Source: Trichoplax sp. H2
Taxonomy: Eukaryota
Assembly (NCBI GenBank): GCA_003344405.1
Contig: NOWV01000124.1
Span: 124,001 to 188,000, forward strand
Length of the DNA: 64,000 nt
Reading direction: 5' to 3'
Position 1 is the first letter of the stretch. Each line of letters opens with the position of its first letter. The notes under the pieces are model-generated. The model ran no database searches and had not been told where the DNA came from. It saw only the letters and a list, made by a program, of their open reading frames with translations. Of the stretch, positions 36,731-50,352 are shown in pieces. The position numbers and the translations under genes are program-made.

Positions 36731-37129
36731 TCCTTACCTTATCCGAATGATCGCGTGATGTATTGGAATCTGTAACAAATCATGGGAGAATATCATTAGT
36801 TGTTAGCCATGGTTGATTATAAAGTTTAAATATACAAATTTCATTTTGTGATTAATTTAATGATAACCAAGCATCATCGTGACGACAGAATAACAACGTG
36901 ATCAATATTGCCAATATTACGCGTCTTTCTAAAAATGGTAATAATCATGGCAGTTGGAAAAGTATTTATCATCCACCCGTGGCATGATTACTGTGTATCC
37001 CCATCAAAATAATTAGATGTGATATAAACGAGTAAAAAAATCAATCAATCTTCTATCGACAACCATGAATAAAATTGGTAAGAAAGGAAAGTATGCTGTA
37101 AAAGTGAGAAAAGGAGCTTTGCGTTAGTA

Positions 37130-37575
37130 AGGAAGAAACTGCATTTTCATCCTCGTATTCACACTATTTTAGAGATTTGATGCAATCCAAACTGGTTAAA
37201 AAAAAAAATCATCCTCTTCCATCTGCAACTTTGACCACAAGAGACAAGGAAAGAGAAAGCGTTTGTAAAATTAGAAGTAATCCGTATGGAAGAAATTTCA
37301 TTTTCATATTCAACTCTATTTTAGTGATTTGATGCAATCCAAATTGGTTAAAAGAAACAAAAAATCATCCTCTTCCATCTGTAACTTTGACCAAAAGAGA
37401 CAAGGAAGGAGAAAGCGTTTGTGAAATTAAAAGTAGTCCGTATAGAAGAAAATTCATATTCAGCACTATTTTGGGATTCCATGCAATACAAACTGATTCA
37501 ATAGAAAGAATCGTCTTCCACCTACAACTTGGACAGCAATAGAGAAGGAAGGAAAGAGTTTGCACGCTAACTGAG
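37130..37575 (+). repeat. Degenerate tandem repeat, ~160-bp unit, about 3 copies
   Basis: ctattttag..atttgatgcaatccaaa.tggttaaaa..aatcatcctcttccatctg.aactttgacca.aagagacaaggaa recurs near 37165, 37315 and 37465. Confidence 0.85.
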
Positions 37576-37814
37576 AAAGGAGATTTTAGTCAGTTAGAGA
37601 AAAACTGCGTATTTATCAACCCCGTTTTAAGTAGTACTACAGTTGCTTTTTCAACTCTATTCAACTCGACGAATTTTCTTTCCTTCGTGTTTTTTCTTAT
37701 AAACATCAGTTTCTTAGTGCATCGTGATTCTCCATGTTGTTGGAGAAGAGCTTGAACACGCGGGTAGAGAAAGTAGGATGCGAATCCAGTAGGGAGGACA
37801 AGACTACGACTTAC

Positions 37815-38002
37815 CCACAGTCGATCTTCGAATAGCAAATGCTGATGCATATTCAACGCTTTCGGCAAGTTGCTGGGTCTCGACAGCCACTTTTTCCTCA
37901 TCTTTATGATAACTAATAACTTTATTCCGATGTTTTTTACTTCTCAAATGAAACATTTTGTTCCACGGAGAAAATTATTGCAAGACCAATCAATTAATTC
38001 TA
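37815..38002 (-). CDS. Probable upstream exon of the ARHGEF17-like gene (5' UTR plus candidate ATG at 37901)
   Basis: Strong acceptor ttttcttttcttgtag| at 38003 and donor TGG|GTAAGT at 37814. The frame MRKKWLSRPSNLPKALNMHQHLLFEDRLW ends in phase 0 and joins in frame with the exon starting at 32555 (VGLYSKYS). Confidence 0.5.
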
Positions 38003-38854
38003 CTACAAGAAAAGAAAACTACTGCTTTAAATGTGGATGCAAAAGACCGCCATGACGACAAGCCTGGAAATGGATTAATTTTGCGGGCCGCAAGCAAGAT
38101 TGTCAACGATGGCTATCCCTTTGGCGGACAAGTGAACTAATAGGCTTGAAAGAATTAACACTTTTCAATGGCGTTAAGCACTATGTCAATACCAATTGGC
38201 TTGTGAGTCTATCCAATCGACACCAATTGGTGTCGAAGAATTGCAATCTACGTCTTATTGACAGACCGAAAGCGATAATTTCTTTTCTGTGTCGATTCCG
38301 CGTTCGAGGATGGAATGGCGACAAACTGTTTTCAATAGCAATCTGTCCAATTCTTCAAGTCACGAAGGATTGAAGATGGAAGAGTATGAGAACTCGAGCA
38401 TCAATAGCGCCAAGTGGTTAGAGAAATAAATGACACAATCGCTGATAGAAAGGAATCCACCTTTTTAAAACTCTCCACTCGCTAGAAGGAAGAAGAAGGA
38501 ATGACCATCCGCCAAGCTCAAGACTGTACTAAAAAGATTGTATCTATCCTACTAAATATGTCGTCCTTCTCCACAGATTGGTTGTTTATAGCAATTTCAG
38601 TCAACAAGTAAGTATCCAATTACCCTTGGCACAATCCGAGTTTCCTTTTCTATCTGGATAATGGATTGAAAGCAAGTTTGCTAATGGCTACCACTGTTCC
38701 TAATGGGTAGCTAAAGAAATGCTAATGCTCTCTTTAATTTTTTTTCTCCGATCACGTCGATCACGTAGGCAACAAGGTGGATGGGAAAACGCTATTTAAC
38801 AGATCATAATGGATTGAAAGTTGGTTTTGAAATTGACTTTGCAATGGTAATAAC

Positions 38855-40060
38855 CAATTAGACTTAATTTCCACTAGAGTGATCAATCAATTCGACTTAA
38901 TTTGCGCTAGACCAAGAACGAATTGAAGGTGATTTCCACTTGGCTAACAACCAAATTCGACTTGATTTCTACTAGACGAAGAATCGATTTGATGTGATTT
39001 CCACTCGGCTAACAATCAATTTGGCTTGATTTCTATTAGGCTAGCAATCAATTTGACTTTGATTTCTACTAGACGAAGAATCGATTTGATGTGATTTCCA
39101 CTCGGCTAACAATCAATTTGGCTTGATTTCTATTAGGCTAGCAATCAATTTGACTTTGATTTCCACTAGACTAACAACGAATTGAAGACGATTTCTACTT
39201 AACTAACAACCAAATTCGACTTGATTTTCACTAGACTAAGAATCAATTTGCTTTGATATCTACTGGACCAACAACGAATTGAAGGTGATTTCCACTCAGC
39301 TAACAACCAATTCTACTTGATTTCCACTAAACTAAGAATCGATGTGATGTGATTTCCACTCAGCTAAGAATCAATTTGGTTTGATTTCTACTAAGCTAGC
39401 AACCAATTTAACTCTGATTTCTACTTGATTTCCACTAGACTAAGAACCAATTTGAAGTGATTTCCACTCAGCTAAGAATCAATTTGGTTTGATTTCTACT
39501 AGGCTAGCAACCAATTTAACTCCGATTTTCACTAGTCCAAGAACCAATTAAAGGTGATTTCCACTAAACTAAGAATCAATTGGACATTTGGACTTGATTT
39601 CTGCTAGACCAAGAACGAATTGAAGGTGATTTCCACTTGGCTAATAACCAATTCCACTTGATTTCCACTTGACCAACAACGAATTGAACGTGTGATAATT
39701 TCCACTTGGCTAACAACCAATTTGACGTGATTTCCACTCGGCTAACAACCAATTGGACGTGAATTCTACTAAGCTAAGAACCAATGGGACTTGATTTCCA
39801 CTAAACTAAGAACCAATTGGACGTAATGTCCAATATTGGCTAAGAACGAATTGGACTGGATTGCCACTAGCCGATAATGAATTTGACTGGATTTCAACTT
39901 GGGTAGTAACTAATTTCTATTTGATTTCCACGTAATAAATGTCAATTCTACTTGAATTTCACTGAACCAACAATTAGAATTAATCACTTGGACGTAATTC
40001 CCAGTGAACGAAGAAATCAATTGGACTTCAATTTCAACTTGACGAAGAACTAATTGAATA
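38855..40060 (+). repeat. Minisatellite, ~32-bp unit, with local ~97-bp higher-order repeats
   Basis: Consensus close to aacaaccaatttgacttgatttccactagact repeated over about 1.2 kb. A near-exact ~97-bp duplication lies around 38965-39155. Confidence 0.92.
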
Positions 40061-40974
40061 TACTTAATGTTTGCTCTACTTAGCAACGAATCTTTACTTC
40101 TAGCAGACAGTAGTCCATTCACAAAGACAGTCTATGTAGGAATAATCCATTCATTCAATAAGCCACTATCCCTCTTGACGGTATGGGATCATTCCAATTT
40201 GAGGAGAAATTCTTTCATCAATGACAAGCCTTGAAAGGTGAATTAGGAAGTTTTTTTTTATCAAGATGAATGGGGGCATCGACACCAAGGCATGGAGCCA
40301 TTCAATGATGTCCGATAGAAATGGGAAAATGGCAGCGGTATATCCTGATCGGCTAACTCACTCGATCACCACTAGCACCCAATCTATGCCTTCTTCTACG
40401 CTTGTAAAATAAATTGAAATACAATATTCAAAGAGGGAGAACTTATCTGATAGCAATCATCGACCGGCGTATCAAGGTTAATCGTTGATAAATTAATCAA
40501 TCCACTATAGCCATCAGCAGTTGGTATGCAATGAGTCACGGCGAAAATTTGTTTTTGGGGGCCTTGACAGGAATGGCAGCACTACTGGACAGTCTTCTCA
40601 ATCCGATAGGATTTCTTGCATGGATGCTTTGGCTATTGGAAAGGCGATAAGTGATCAGAATAGCTTGTAGAAGATCAAGCAAGTTGTGCTCTATTTGTCA
40701 ACGTCGAAGCATGTTTCATTAGTCTGTCGTTGATTTTGCTTGTCAGGTTGGCATGGAGGCATTTCCTCATTAACCCTGGCAATTCCTTCACTGCCTTTGA
40801 GGCAAAACCTGTTGAAAATCCTTACCAATCCCAATTGTGCTTGAACTCTCTTGCAATAGCACAATTAAGGCAATGAGATCTCAAGGGCTCGTATGGGCAT
40901 GAGGAACTGTAGGTGTATTAAAATAAAGTAAGGATAGCCAAACAAAACGTCAATGGTCCAATCGAGGTCTTTAC

Positions 40975-41590
40975 TATTCTCTGATCAAGTCATTGAGAAT
41001 GGAATTGGGTAAGTGAATTGCCCCTTTCCTATTCTGCCAACTAGATTGTTAATTCAGAATGGAAATTTTGCAAATCCATTCTCCATTTCCTATTCTATTG
41101 ACTGGATTGTTGATGGAGAATGGAAATCTTGCCAACCCATTCTCCATTTCCTAGTCTATCAACTAGATTGTTGATTCAGAATGGAAATTTTGCAAATTCA
41201 TTCTCCATTTCCCATTCTATTAAGTGGATTGTTGACGGAGAATGGAAATCTTGCCAATCCATTCTCCATTTCTTATTCTATTGACTGGATTGTTTTATAG
41301 GGAATGGAAATTTTGCAAATTCATTCTCCAGTTTTCTATTCTATTAGTTGGATTATTGATGGAAAATGAAAATTTGACAACTCCATTTTCCATTTCTTAT
41401 TCTATTGACTGAATGGTTGATGCTGAATGAAAATTGGGCAAATCCATTCTCCAGTTTCCTATTCTATTAGCTGGATTATTGATGGAAAATTGGGCAAATC
41501 CATTCTCCATTTCGTATTCTATTGACTGAATGGAAATTGGGCAAATTCATTCTCCATTTCCTATTCCATTGACTAGATTGATGATATTGA
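40975..41590 (+). repeat. Tandem repeat, ~61-bp unit with an internal inverted repeat (gagaatgg/ccattctc)
   Basis: ggattgttgatggagaatggaaat.ttg.caa.ccattctccatttcctattctatt.act is repeated about 10 times, with two alternating variants. Confidence 0.9.
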
Positions 41591-42339
41591 AATGCATCGA
41601 CAAGATAGATACAACATGACTACCTACTCTAGTAGCATAAAGTCGTGGATTGACTGCTTATGGTGATGGATTATTATTCCCTGTTGAGAGTAGATTTGCT
41701 TGCTTATGCGGGTTATTCAATGCTAATTTACAGCATAGAAATACAATCAACAACATGTGCCAAATATTCTTGATACATTTATTCCCATCATCATGCGAGT
41801 TATGGATTTAAAACGGAATTGGTGCTATAAGAGCGAGTGCCAAAAAATTGGCTCTATCCATTGGCTTCAAGGAATGAAAATTACAGACTTATCGGATTCA
41901 ACCAATCTAACCGTCTATCCAAAATTTAGTCATTTTTTCATGTTAATGACTAATTTAGGTTCCCGACCGGGTATTTCAATCAAGCTAGAAAAAGATAGCC
42001 AATTGTCAACGGAGCATTGGATGTCTTGAAGGTTATGCATTTCCAATGGTGTTGTGCTAGGAGAGTTAGTGGCAAGAAATTGGCTACCCATTGGTTTCAA
42101 GGAAATAAAAATTCTAAATCCATTAGCATTGGCTAGTTGGAATGCATACAAAATTCAGCCTCTGTTTCATGCTGATGGCTGATTTAGGTTATTCCTAGAA
42201 AATGGTAGAAAATTCACCTGTAAATGTAGTCTTATTCAAAGCTGTAAAATGGTATCAAGTTGTCACAGTTCATTTTTGAAGATGGCATCGTTGGTCTCCA
42301 CTCATAGGAAAAAAAAAATTGTCTCTGTCAACTCGTATC

Positions 42340-43390
42340 AAATCAATCAATTTCAGTCCAGGTCTATTTTCATAAGTAATACCACCGAGGTTAGCTAATC
42401 AAAAGCAATTAAAGGGAGGAAAGGACGAAAGAAATTAAGAAATGTCTATTTGAAAATAAATAAATCCGATCATTCAAACTCGGTTGACTCATGTCAATTC
42501 TGTAAAATATTGCATTCATGTCCGTTTTCACAGGCAATGCCACTCCAAGTTGGCTATTAAAAGGTAGGAAATGACTGAAGAATAAAAGTGTGTCTTTCAT
42601 GAATTGGGTAGTTCTAATGGAACTCCCTATTCGGTTGACTAACGTAAAATGTACAAAATTCAACCCGTGTCTGTTTCATAGGCAATGCCACTCGATGTTG
42701 GCTATTTAAAGGTAGGAAATGATTGAAAAATAAAAGTGTGTCTTTCATGAATTGGGTAGTTCTAATGGAACTCCCTATTCTGCTGACTAACGTAAAATGT
42801 ACCAAATTCAACCCTTGCCTATTTTATAGGCAAGGCCATTCGATGTCGGCTATTAAAAGGTAGGAAATGACTGAAGAATAAAAGTGTGTCTTTCATGAAT
42901 GGGGTGGTTCAAATAAAATTCCCTATTCTGCTGACTAAGGTAAAATGTACCAAATTCAACCCCTGCCTGTTTTATAGGCAATTTCTTTGACTGAAGAAAA
43001 AAGTATCTTTCATATTATTGTATTGGGTAGTTCCAACTCTGTTGACTAACGTAAAATGGACAAAATTCAACCTGTGTCTCTTCCATAAGCAATGCCACTC
43101 AATGTCGGCTATTAAAAAGTCAACAGTAATTAACGGAAGGAAATGACGAAATGAATTGGATAGCTCTGGTTCTGTTGATTCATGTTCATCTATGACATTC
43201 AATCCATATTCTCTTTGATAGGCAATGCCACCCGATATTGCCTATTAAATAGTCATTAACGATAGGAAATGACAAAACTGAATTGAATAGGCCCCAAATT
43301 TGTTAACTCATGTCAAATTTGCAAATATTCAATCCATGGCCTCTTTCAAAGGCAATGCCACTCGACATTGCTGATTAAATAGCAACGAAA
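42340..43390 (+). repeat. Tandem repeat, ~147-bp unit
   Basis: aggcaatgccactc.atgttggctattaaaaggtaggaaatga recurs at about 42532, 42680 and 42827, with degenerate copies to about 43380. Confidence 0.9.
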
Positions 43391-46300
43391 GGTAAGAGAC
43401 GTGACTCCAATATGCCTTTAGTCCAACTAAAACAAATGGCATCGTTCTCGCTCTGTTGACTTTGGACTTGAAGATGAATGGACAGTTGTATGAAAACATG
43501 CCATCGATGTTTACGGAGTAAGTACTCACTTTGAAAGAAGAAAATGGATAGTCCAGGCTTATTGATTGCATAGCTGTCTCCTTTTTTTGAACCTACTGGA
43601 TAGCGAGATTTCAGTTATCATCGATGATGCGTTGATGATAAAATGAAAAAGAGACAAGACAGTTTATCGGAAGCTATTCTATAAAGGAAGAAGATTATTG
43701 CCATCAAAAGTAATCATCCCTGCAGGTATTGCAATCAAAATCAACATATGGAATTATTGATTTAATTCCTCTTTCCACTCTGTTGCTCATTTTAAAATGA
43801 AATCCATGCAAGAGAGTGGTCGATGATATAGCATATTTCCTTGAATAAATAAGATACGCTGTGCTGTAGTCCAATAATCCATTTCTTCCCCGGATCAATA
43901 CCAACTTTTTGACAATTGCCAATCCAATACCAACATTGGCTAGAATCAATAGGGTCGCTATGGTGAATCTTATACTATGCAGAAAGGCGTTTTGTCTTTC
44001 TTTGTGTTCTTCAATGTCTCCAGGCCTTACTGCAAATGCTCTTCACTTTCATATGGATTTCCAGAATAACGTAGAAAGCCAATGGACGGCCGATAAGTCT
44101 TGCTGTCTCTCATCTCCAAGAAGACATGTTGATGGCTTGCCTTGACAATCATGAATAATTGAATAAATCTTTGTAAGAGTCAATCAATGAAGGATATTCC
44201 TTGCTTTCTCTTCTCCATTGATTCATTCGATGGATGAGTAGAAATTCAATAGGGGCGATTGAAAATTGCCCTTGGCTATCATTGAATACGTATATTTTGT
44301 AATGCTAGCATGGAAAGGCGTCGATATGAAGCCTTCCTGTAGAAATAGCCATTCGATTAATCATGACTTGTGTTTCGTCCTCTACAATAACTTGTATTTA
44401 CTCAAATTAGACGAGATGAACATGGACATTGACTATAACCCAAAAATAAATAGAAAACATGGCGAGTTGAAAACTGGCGTCGATATTAAATATGAACACG
44501 GCCAATGGATCAGGGATCGTCTTGCCCTTGTCTCCAATAACTTATACTCACTAAAATAGTGTAGGGGGAGATGGAAGTCGGCTATAAAATAAGCTTTATA
44601 ATATACAGCTCAAAACTAGCTTAGCTATTCAATATACGCGTCTTGTAGACGCTACTCATTAAATCATGGATCACTTTTTAATTTTGTTTTCAATAACGTC
44701 TACTCGCTGAAAGAGTGTCGGAGGAGATTGACATGGTCTATTCAAATGGATAGACAGTCTAACTGGCGCAAAGACTAACTAGAGAAATGGCCCATGAATC
44801 ATGAACAAGTCTTTCTTATAAGTCTTACCTTTTCATCTCCAATGAATTATTTGTACTGACTAAAGTACCTGTAGGACGAGATCCACATTGACATGCATTT
44901 AGGAATAGTGGATGTGATTGGCATTGGAATGGATTAGCCCACTACAGTTAGTTCTACAGAAGACTACAACAGTCTCATTTCTTGTTGCTAATGAAATATG
45001 AAGAAAGAAATTTATTCATGCCAACTTTTCATTACAATATTGCATGTCAATCACTTTCCATTGGCTAACCTGCTGGAGTAGATAGAGGACTAATGTCCAT
45101 TGATTGATATGGATAATTAATCAATGTAATCTAATCCAAGTAATCATGTTGTACGCTAATCAACTTAACCCCCCGAAATCTCCACTCTACTGTCTCCAAC
45201 CAGCGTTGTTCACCATTAAGTTAAGTTAAATGTTGAATCAAATACATGGCATTGCTATCCGTTGAGTATTCATGTCGAGTACAAGACTGTATAGATGGTC
45301 CGTGAAATATGTCGTATCCTATTCTGTTAGTAGACCACACTTTGGAAATCAAGATTGCATTGCAAACTTACCACAATGTTGGGTTTTCACTCGCTGTAGC
45401 TTGTCCAACTTGCTGCTAATGGATACGATCAGTCGGTGATGACTTTGATAGACGAGCTGTACAAGGATAAAGGAGCGATATCTCAATAGATCTGTTGCAA
45501 TCAAGAAAATACAAGTTAATGAAGTGAACAATTGCTAAATAGGCTCATTTGCGCTGTATCTTTATTAACTAAAATCACGGTAAAACAACAAACAAATAGT
45601 ATCCGTTTCGACGTCTTCAATAGGCCCGCAGCAAAAATAAACTAGAAAAAGATCATCGCTGTGTCGACTTGAAATCACTATCTTTCCAGAGAGACTAGAC
45701 TGCACATGCTAAGGATGGTTTATTGGGTAATTTGTGCCATTCAATCCCTTGAAGAATACGATTTTATTGAAATTGAATTACTCCATTACATGTTGTCATT
45801 TGGCGATGCCATTACTGTAGTGCATGATGGAAGAAAAGGATCAGGACATCGTCGACGCCTGCAACATTGCGAAGTATTGTTCATCGTCGAAATGCTTGTC
45901 ATGCATCACGAATTAGCCTGGTAACTACGGTCATGGAGAGTTCAACTCATGCACTATTTAAGCCAACTATGGTGTAGTGCCGCTACCTAAAAGAATACGC
46001 CATTAAAGCACAAACATGGACAGTTGAATTGATGGATTTTACTGGTATGTACAATTTATCCAGCTACGGCATAATGCCGCTACCCATATCATCATTGGTG
46101 GCGATCCACACATGCATAGGCTAAAATCGACTTCAACAACTATAATCATCATCATCATCTACTTTAATCTCACTATATTATAGTCCATTGGATGCCATGG
46201 CAGTTTATTGATGATTGATCAATGTCGACCAGCAATCATCGCTTAGTGCAATTCGTCTGCTGTTTTTGTCGATCACGATGGCAAGCAAACAGGCTCATAG

Positions 46301-47981
46301 CAGCGACGCAGTGTTGGAAAGTATCAATTTAATTCAATTAACTAATGATTTATAAATGATGTGTATAATTACATATCGATCTTTGTCAGCGGATAACTAA
46401 AAAGAATGACCGTAAGCTTAAATCCCATTCTTGTTGACTAAAAGGACGTAGAAATTACCCATGTCGAGATTTTTCAGCATGGTGTCATGGCGATAATTTA
46501 CTAAAATGTACGTCAACTAAAGTTAGTCAAGTCGAGCATGAAAGAAAGGATCGCCAAATCGCCCCCGATTTAGCGTTGAAACGTTGGAATCGAGAAGTAA
46601 TAAAACAGATTATCCACTAGTCCTCGCCACCTTACATCAAGTTCTTCCAATATTTAGATGAAACCGTAGCTAAATATTCTCAGAACTTTATGTAAGGTGG
46701 CGGGGCTGTTGTCTACCGTAGGCTAAAGACAGACTCATTCTTGCACTTGACTACCGAATATTACCATACATACGATTCATATTCGTCTGTACACGATCAT
46801 GGTAGGCCTTTTCTGAAATCAAACATCTAATAAGCATGTTCAACTCCAATTTGATTTATTGGATCCCATTTCTTTCCCTTATTCAGGAAAAATGGTGAAA
46901 GCGCTCTGTTGTTGGGTATTGAAGAACTATCGACGGTAGACTAAAGGCAAAGGGATTGATGATGACTATGCATTAAGTTGATAGGCATTTTCTTAAATGA
47001 TTGCGTCGTTGAAAAAGGCCTTGCATGTCCTTTAGGGATGTTACTGCCGGAAATCACTGTGTTTGAAACGGACTTGTACAATAAATGATCATTGGGCGAT
47101 GTTATTGGCAGTTTTAAGAGTAGAAATGATTGTTTTTTTCGCCTCTCCCCCTTTCCTCATTTTCATCATCATTTGTACTGGCACAGCGTGATGTTCTTGT
47201 TGTTTCATTTCTGTCGAAAATAAAATGATAACCTACTAGTTGATTGGATTAAACCCAATGACTGTATATACAGGCTCTCCCATGATTAGAAGGAATTTTT
47301 CCCTATTCTAGCACAGTTATGGCTACTTTGCAATCCTACACATGGATTAAAAAGAATACCCTGGCCTTGCCGCCCATGGCATGCATTCAGTTGATGGCGA
47401 TGATATTGAAGTAGTGCAGTCGATGTGGAAATGAATGGAAAATGGAATGGGGAATAAAGCATTTGCTGAGACAGAAAACAATGTTAAAATAAAAAGATTC
47501 ATTCATGAATGGAAAATGGATCATGATGCAATCAAAGTGATTGTCCTGTTTGTCAAATAACAATCAAGGCAATCCATATGTGGTTATCGATCGGTGGGGA
47601 AAGACTTCTTCGCCATGGATGAGAAACGCTCCATCCACTTCATCATCGTCATGTTATTCTCCATCTTCTGACTCAATGCTCGACGCCCATGTCAACGATG
47701 ATTGCATGGTATACACGTTAATTAGGCCATCCAATTGATTGATGCATTTTAATTCTATAATTCTATTAGTGATTAGTGACGGTCCAACCTAAATCAGCGA
47801 TCGATTGCGATGATGATCGTTTCCACTTGATGTACTATTGACCCTCAGCTGTGAAAAAAGGGAAAAAATAGAATGCCATCCAAAATGGAAAATTTAACGG
47901 TACCCATCCATTGCGATGGTCTTGCCATACGCATAGTTAACGATGATGAATGCCGTTGCTTCCCCTTTCCCCCCCCCAAAA

Positions 47982-48356
47982 AAAAGTAAAAAGTAAGGAA
48001 TCCAATTTCCGCCATGGATTCCATAAAGCAAGGCGTTGAATTTCGTCGTCTTATCCAAATACTGTAGCCATGTCATGACTATTTTATCATTTGCTCGCCA
48101 TGTATTGAAAACAATCAAAACAATCCTATTTTAATATGATGATAAGATAGATAGAAACGATAACGATAAAAAAAGTAAAAAGTAAGGAATCCAATTTCTG
48201 CCATGGATTCAATAAAGCAAGGCGTTGAATTTCATCGTCTTATCTAAATACTGTAGCCATGTCATGACTATTTTATCATTTGCTCGCCATGTATTGAAAA
48301 CAATCAAAACAATCCTATCTTAATATGATGATAAGATAAAGAGAAACGATAACGAT
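47982..48356 (+). repeat. Two-copy tandem duplication, ~189-bp unit
   Basis: aaaagtaaaaagtaaggaatccaatttc.gccatggattc...aatatgatgataagata..gaaacgataacgat occurs twice, nearly identical. Confidence 0.92.
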
Positions 48357-49300
48357 GCTACTACGACGTCTATCTTTCATCCACGTACCTCTTGATGGCG
48401 ACTGGTTGTGTAATGACTTGGGGCTCAGAAACGTTGAAAATGGGCAAGAAATGGCTTGAGAATATGCGCTTGAGAAAATCCTTGTCCCGTGCCGGCAAGA
48501 GTATTGATTGCATCGATTGCCGCTGCAAATACCCGATATATATTCTATAGGGTATATCATTAATTTTCCCTCTATTCTACTCTACTCGACTAACGGTATG
48601 GTAGGTCAGTAGCCGTCTTCCCACACCCTGACTCAGTCGGCTGGTGCATGCACGCCTACCGTGTCAGACCGACGTTATGTCAACAAACGACAAGACAGTA
48701 CTGTACTATAAGGAAATGACTCGAGCTTGTAGAGGAGAGACGGAGATAGCGCGATTCTGCTTGGAGTACACGTGTACGCTGATCGATCAAGCGATTTTTG
48801 TAGGGAATACTCCATCCAAATTGCCCCCCCCCTCTGTGTATAAAAGTTGTCACTGTTGACTTGAGCAAGGCTGTCAGAATAGGGTGACAATAGCTATGCA
48901 CGGAGGGGAAATTGGGATGCAGTAGTCCCTACTTTTGTATAGCACAGGGAGAAGAAACGGTCGCTCACTAGATTCAAAATGGAGCATCCGGCTATTCCGT
49001 TGGTTATTTCAATGGAAAGTCGATCTGAAACGATATCCGATACTTTGGACGATTGTCATTAAGATTAGCGACGAACTTAGCGTACTAAAAAGGGGAGAGG
49101 GGTGACTATTCTGCTGGTCATTTCTATCTGAAACGATATACAATACTGGATTTTCGATCTGGAAAGGACATGACTGCCTTTTCTACCATTGACATGATAA
49201 TGAGCAGCTTGATTGGTTTTATACAATGTACCTGCGTATAAATAGAATGACCAGAAAAATGATTTCTCGTCCCTCTCTCTTTCTACTGTACAGTGCATTA

Positions 49301-50203
49301 GGCCCGTTTATAATAACCCCGATTACTCAGCGTAAATAGCTTCAACGATGATGGAATACTCTAGGAGTCGTTCGAGCTATTTACGCTGAGTAGCGGAGTG
49401 ATCGGGGCTATAGCTTAAACGATGGATGATATAATATTCTTCAAGTCGTTCGAGCTATTTACGCTGAGTAGCGGAGTGATCGGGGTTCTAGCTTAAACGA
49501 TGGATGATACAATATTCTTCAAGTCGTTCAAGCTATTTACGCTGAGTAGCTGAGCAATCGGGATTATAGCTTAATTAAGCGATGACACAATATTCTAGCA
49601 GTCGTTCAAGCTATTTACGCTAAGTAGCTGAGCAAATGGGGGTTATTGCTTAATTAAGCGATGACACAATATTCTAGCAGTCGTTCAAGCTATTTACGCT
49701 GAGTAGCTGAGCAATCGGGGTTATAGCTTGAACGATAGATGATACAATATTCTAGGAGTTGTTCAAGCTATTGACGCTGGCTGAGCATCTGAGTGATCGG
49801 GGTTATAGCTTGAACGATAGGTGGTGCAATATTCTAGGAGTCGTTCAAGCTATTTACGCTGAGTAGCTAAGCAGTCGGGATTATAGCTTGAACGATAGGT
49901 GGTACAATATTCTAAGAGTCGTTCGAGCTATTTACGCTGAGTAGCTGAGCAATCAGGGCTATAGCTTAAAACGATGGATGATACAATATTCTTCAAGTCG
50001 TTCAAGCTATTTATGCTGAGTAGCTGAGCAATCGGGGTTATAGCTAGAACGATAGATGGATGATACAATATTCTAGGAGTATTTACGCTGAGTAGCTGAG
50101 TAATCGCGGTTATAAATTCAACGATGGCACAATATTCTAGGAGTCGTTAAACCTATTTACCCTGGCTGACTAGCTGAGTAATGGAGGTTATTCTGAACAG
50201 GCC
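49301..50203. mobile_element. MITE-like TIR element with an internal ~78-bp tandem array (about 11 copies)
   Basis: Left end ggcccgtttataataaccccgattactcagc matches the reverse complement of the right end (ggcctgttcagaataacctccattactcagc). TA flanks both sides (49299-49300, 50204-50205). Internal units start at 49367, 49445, 49523, 49601, 49680 and onward. No ORF. Confidence 0.82.
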
Positions 50204-50352
50204 TACTGTTCAGTGTACAGTATACAGTACACTACAGTACATGAAATCGACTTTGGCTCCATGGCTTCTCCTTATTTTTAAGGACGAGTGCTGTCATCGC
50301 TACAGTACGGTACTGTAGCACTACAGTGTAAGTACCGTACCGCCTTGCAAAA

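Noticed and set aside
38855-41590. CRISPR-like 32-bp and 61-bp repeats
   Set aside because: These are head-to-tail degenerate tandem units with no unique spacers.
42340-43390. 147-bp unit as a centromeric or nucleosome-positioning satellite
   Set aside because: There are only about 7 degenerate copies, and the length match alone is not evidence.
33759-49298. Short ORFs in the repeat block (e.g. 33759, 35074, 42409, 42614, 43704, 44266)
   Set aside because: They are translations of tandem repeats or chance ORFs with no recognisable domain.
49301-50203. CRISPR-like array (palindromic repeat with intervening segments)
   Set aside because: The intervening segments are near-identical rather than unique spacers, there are no cas genes, the context is eukaryotic, and TIRs explain it better.
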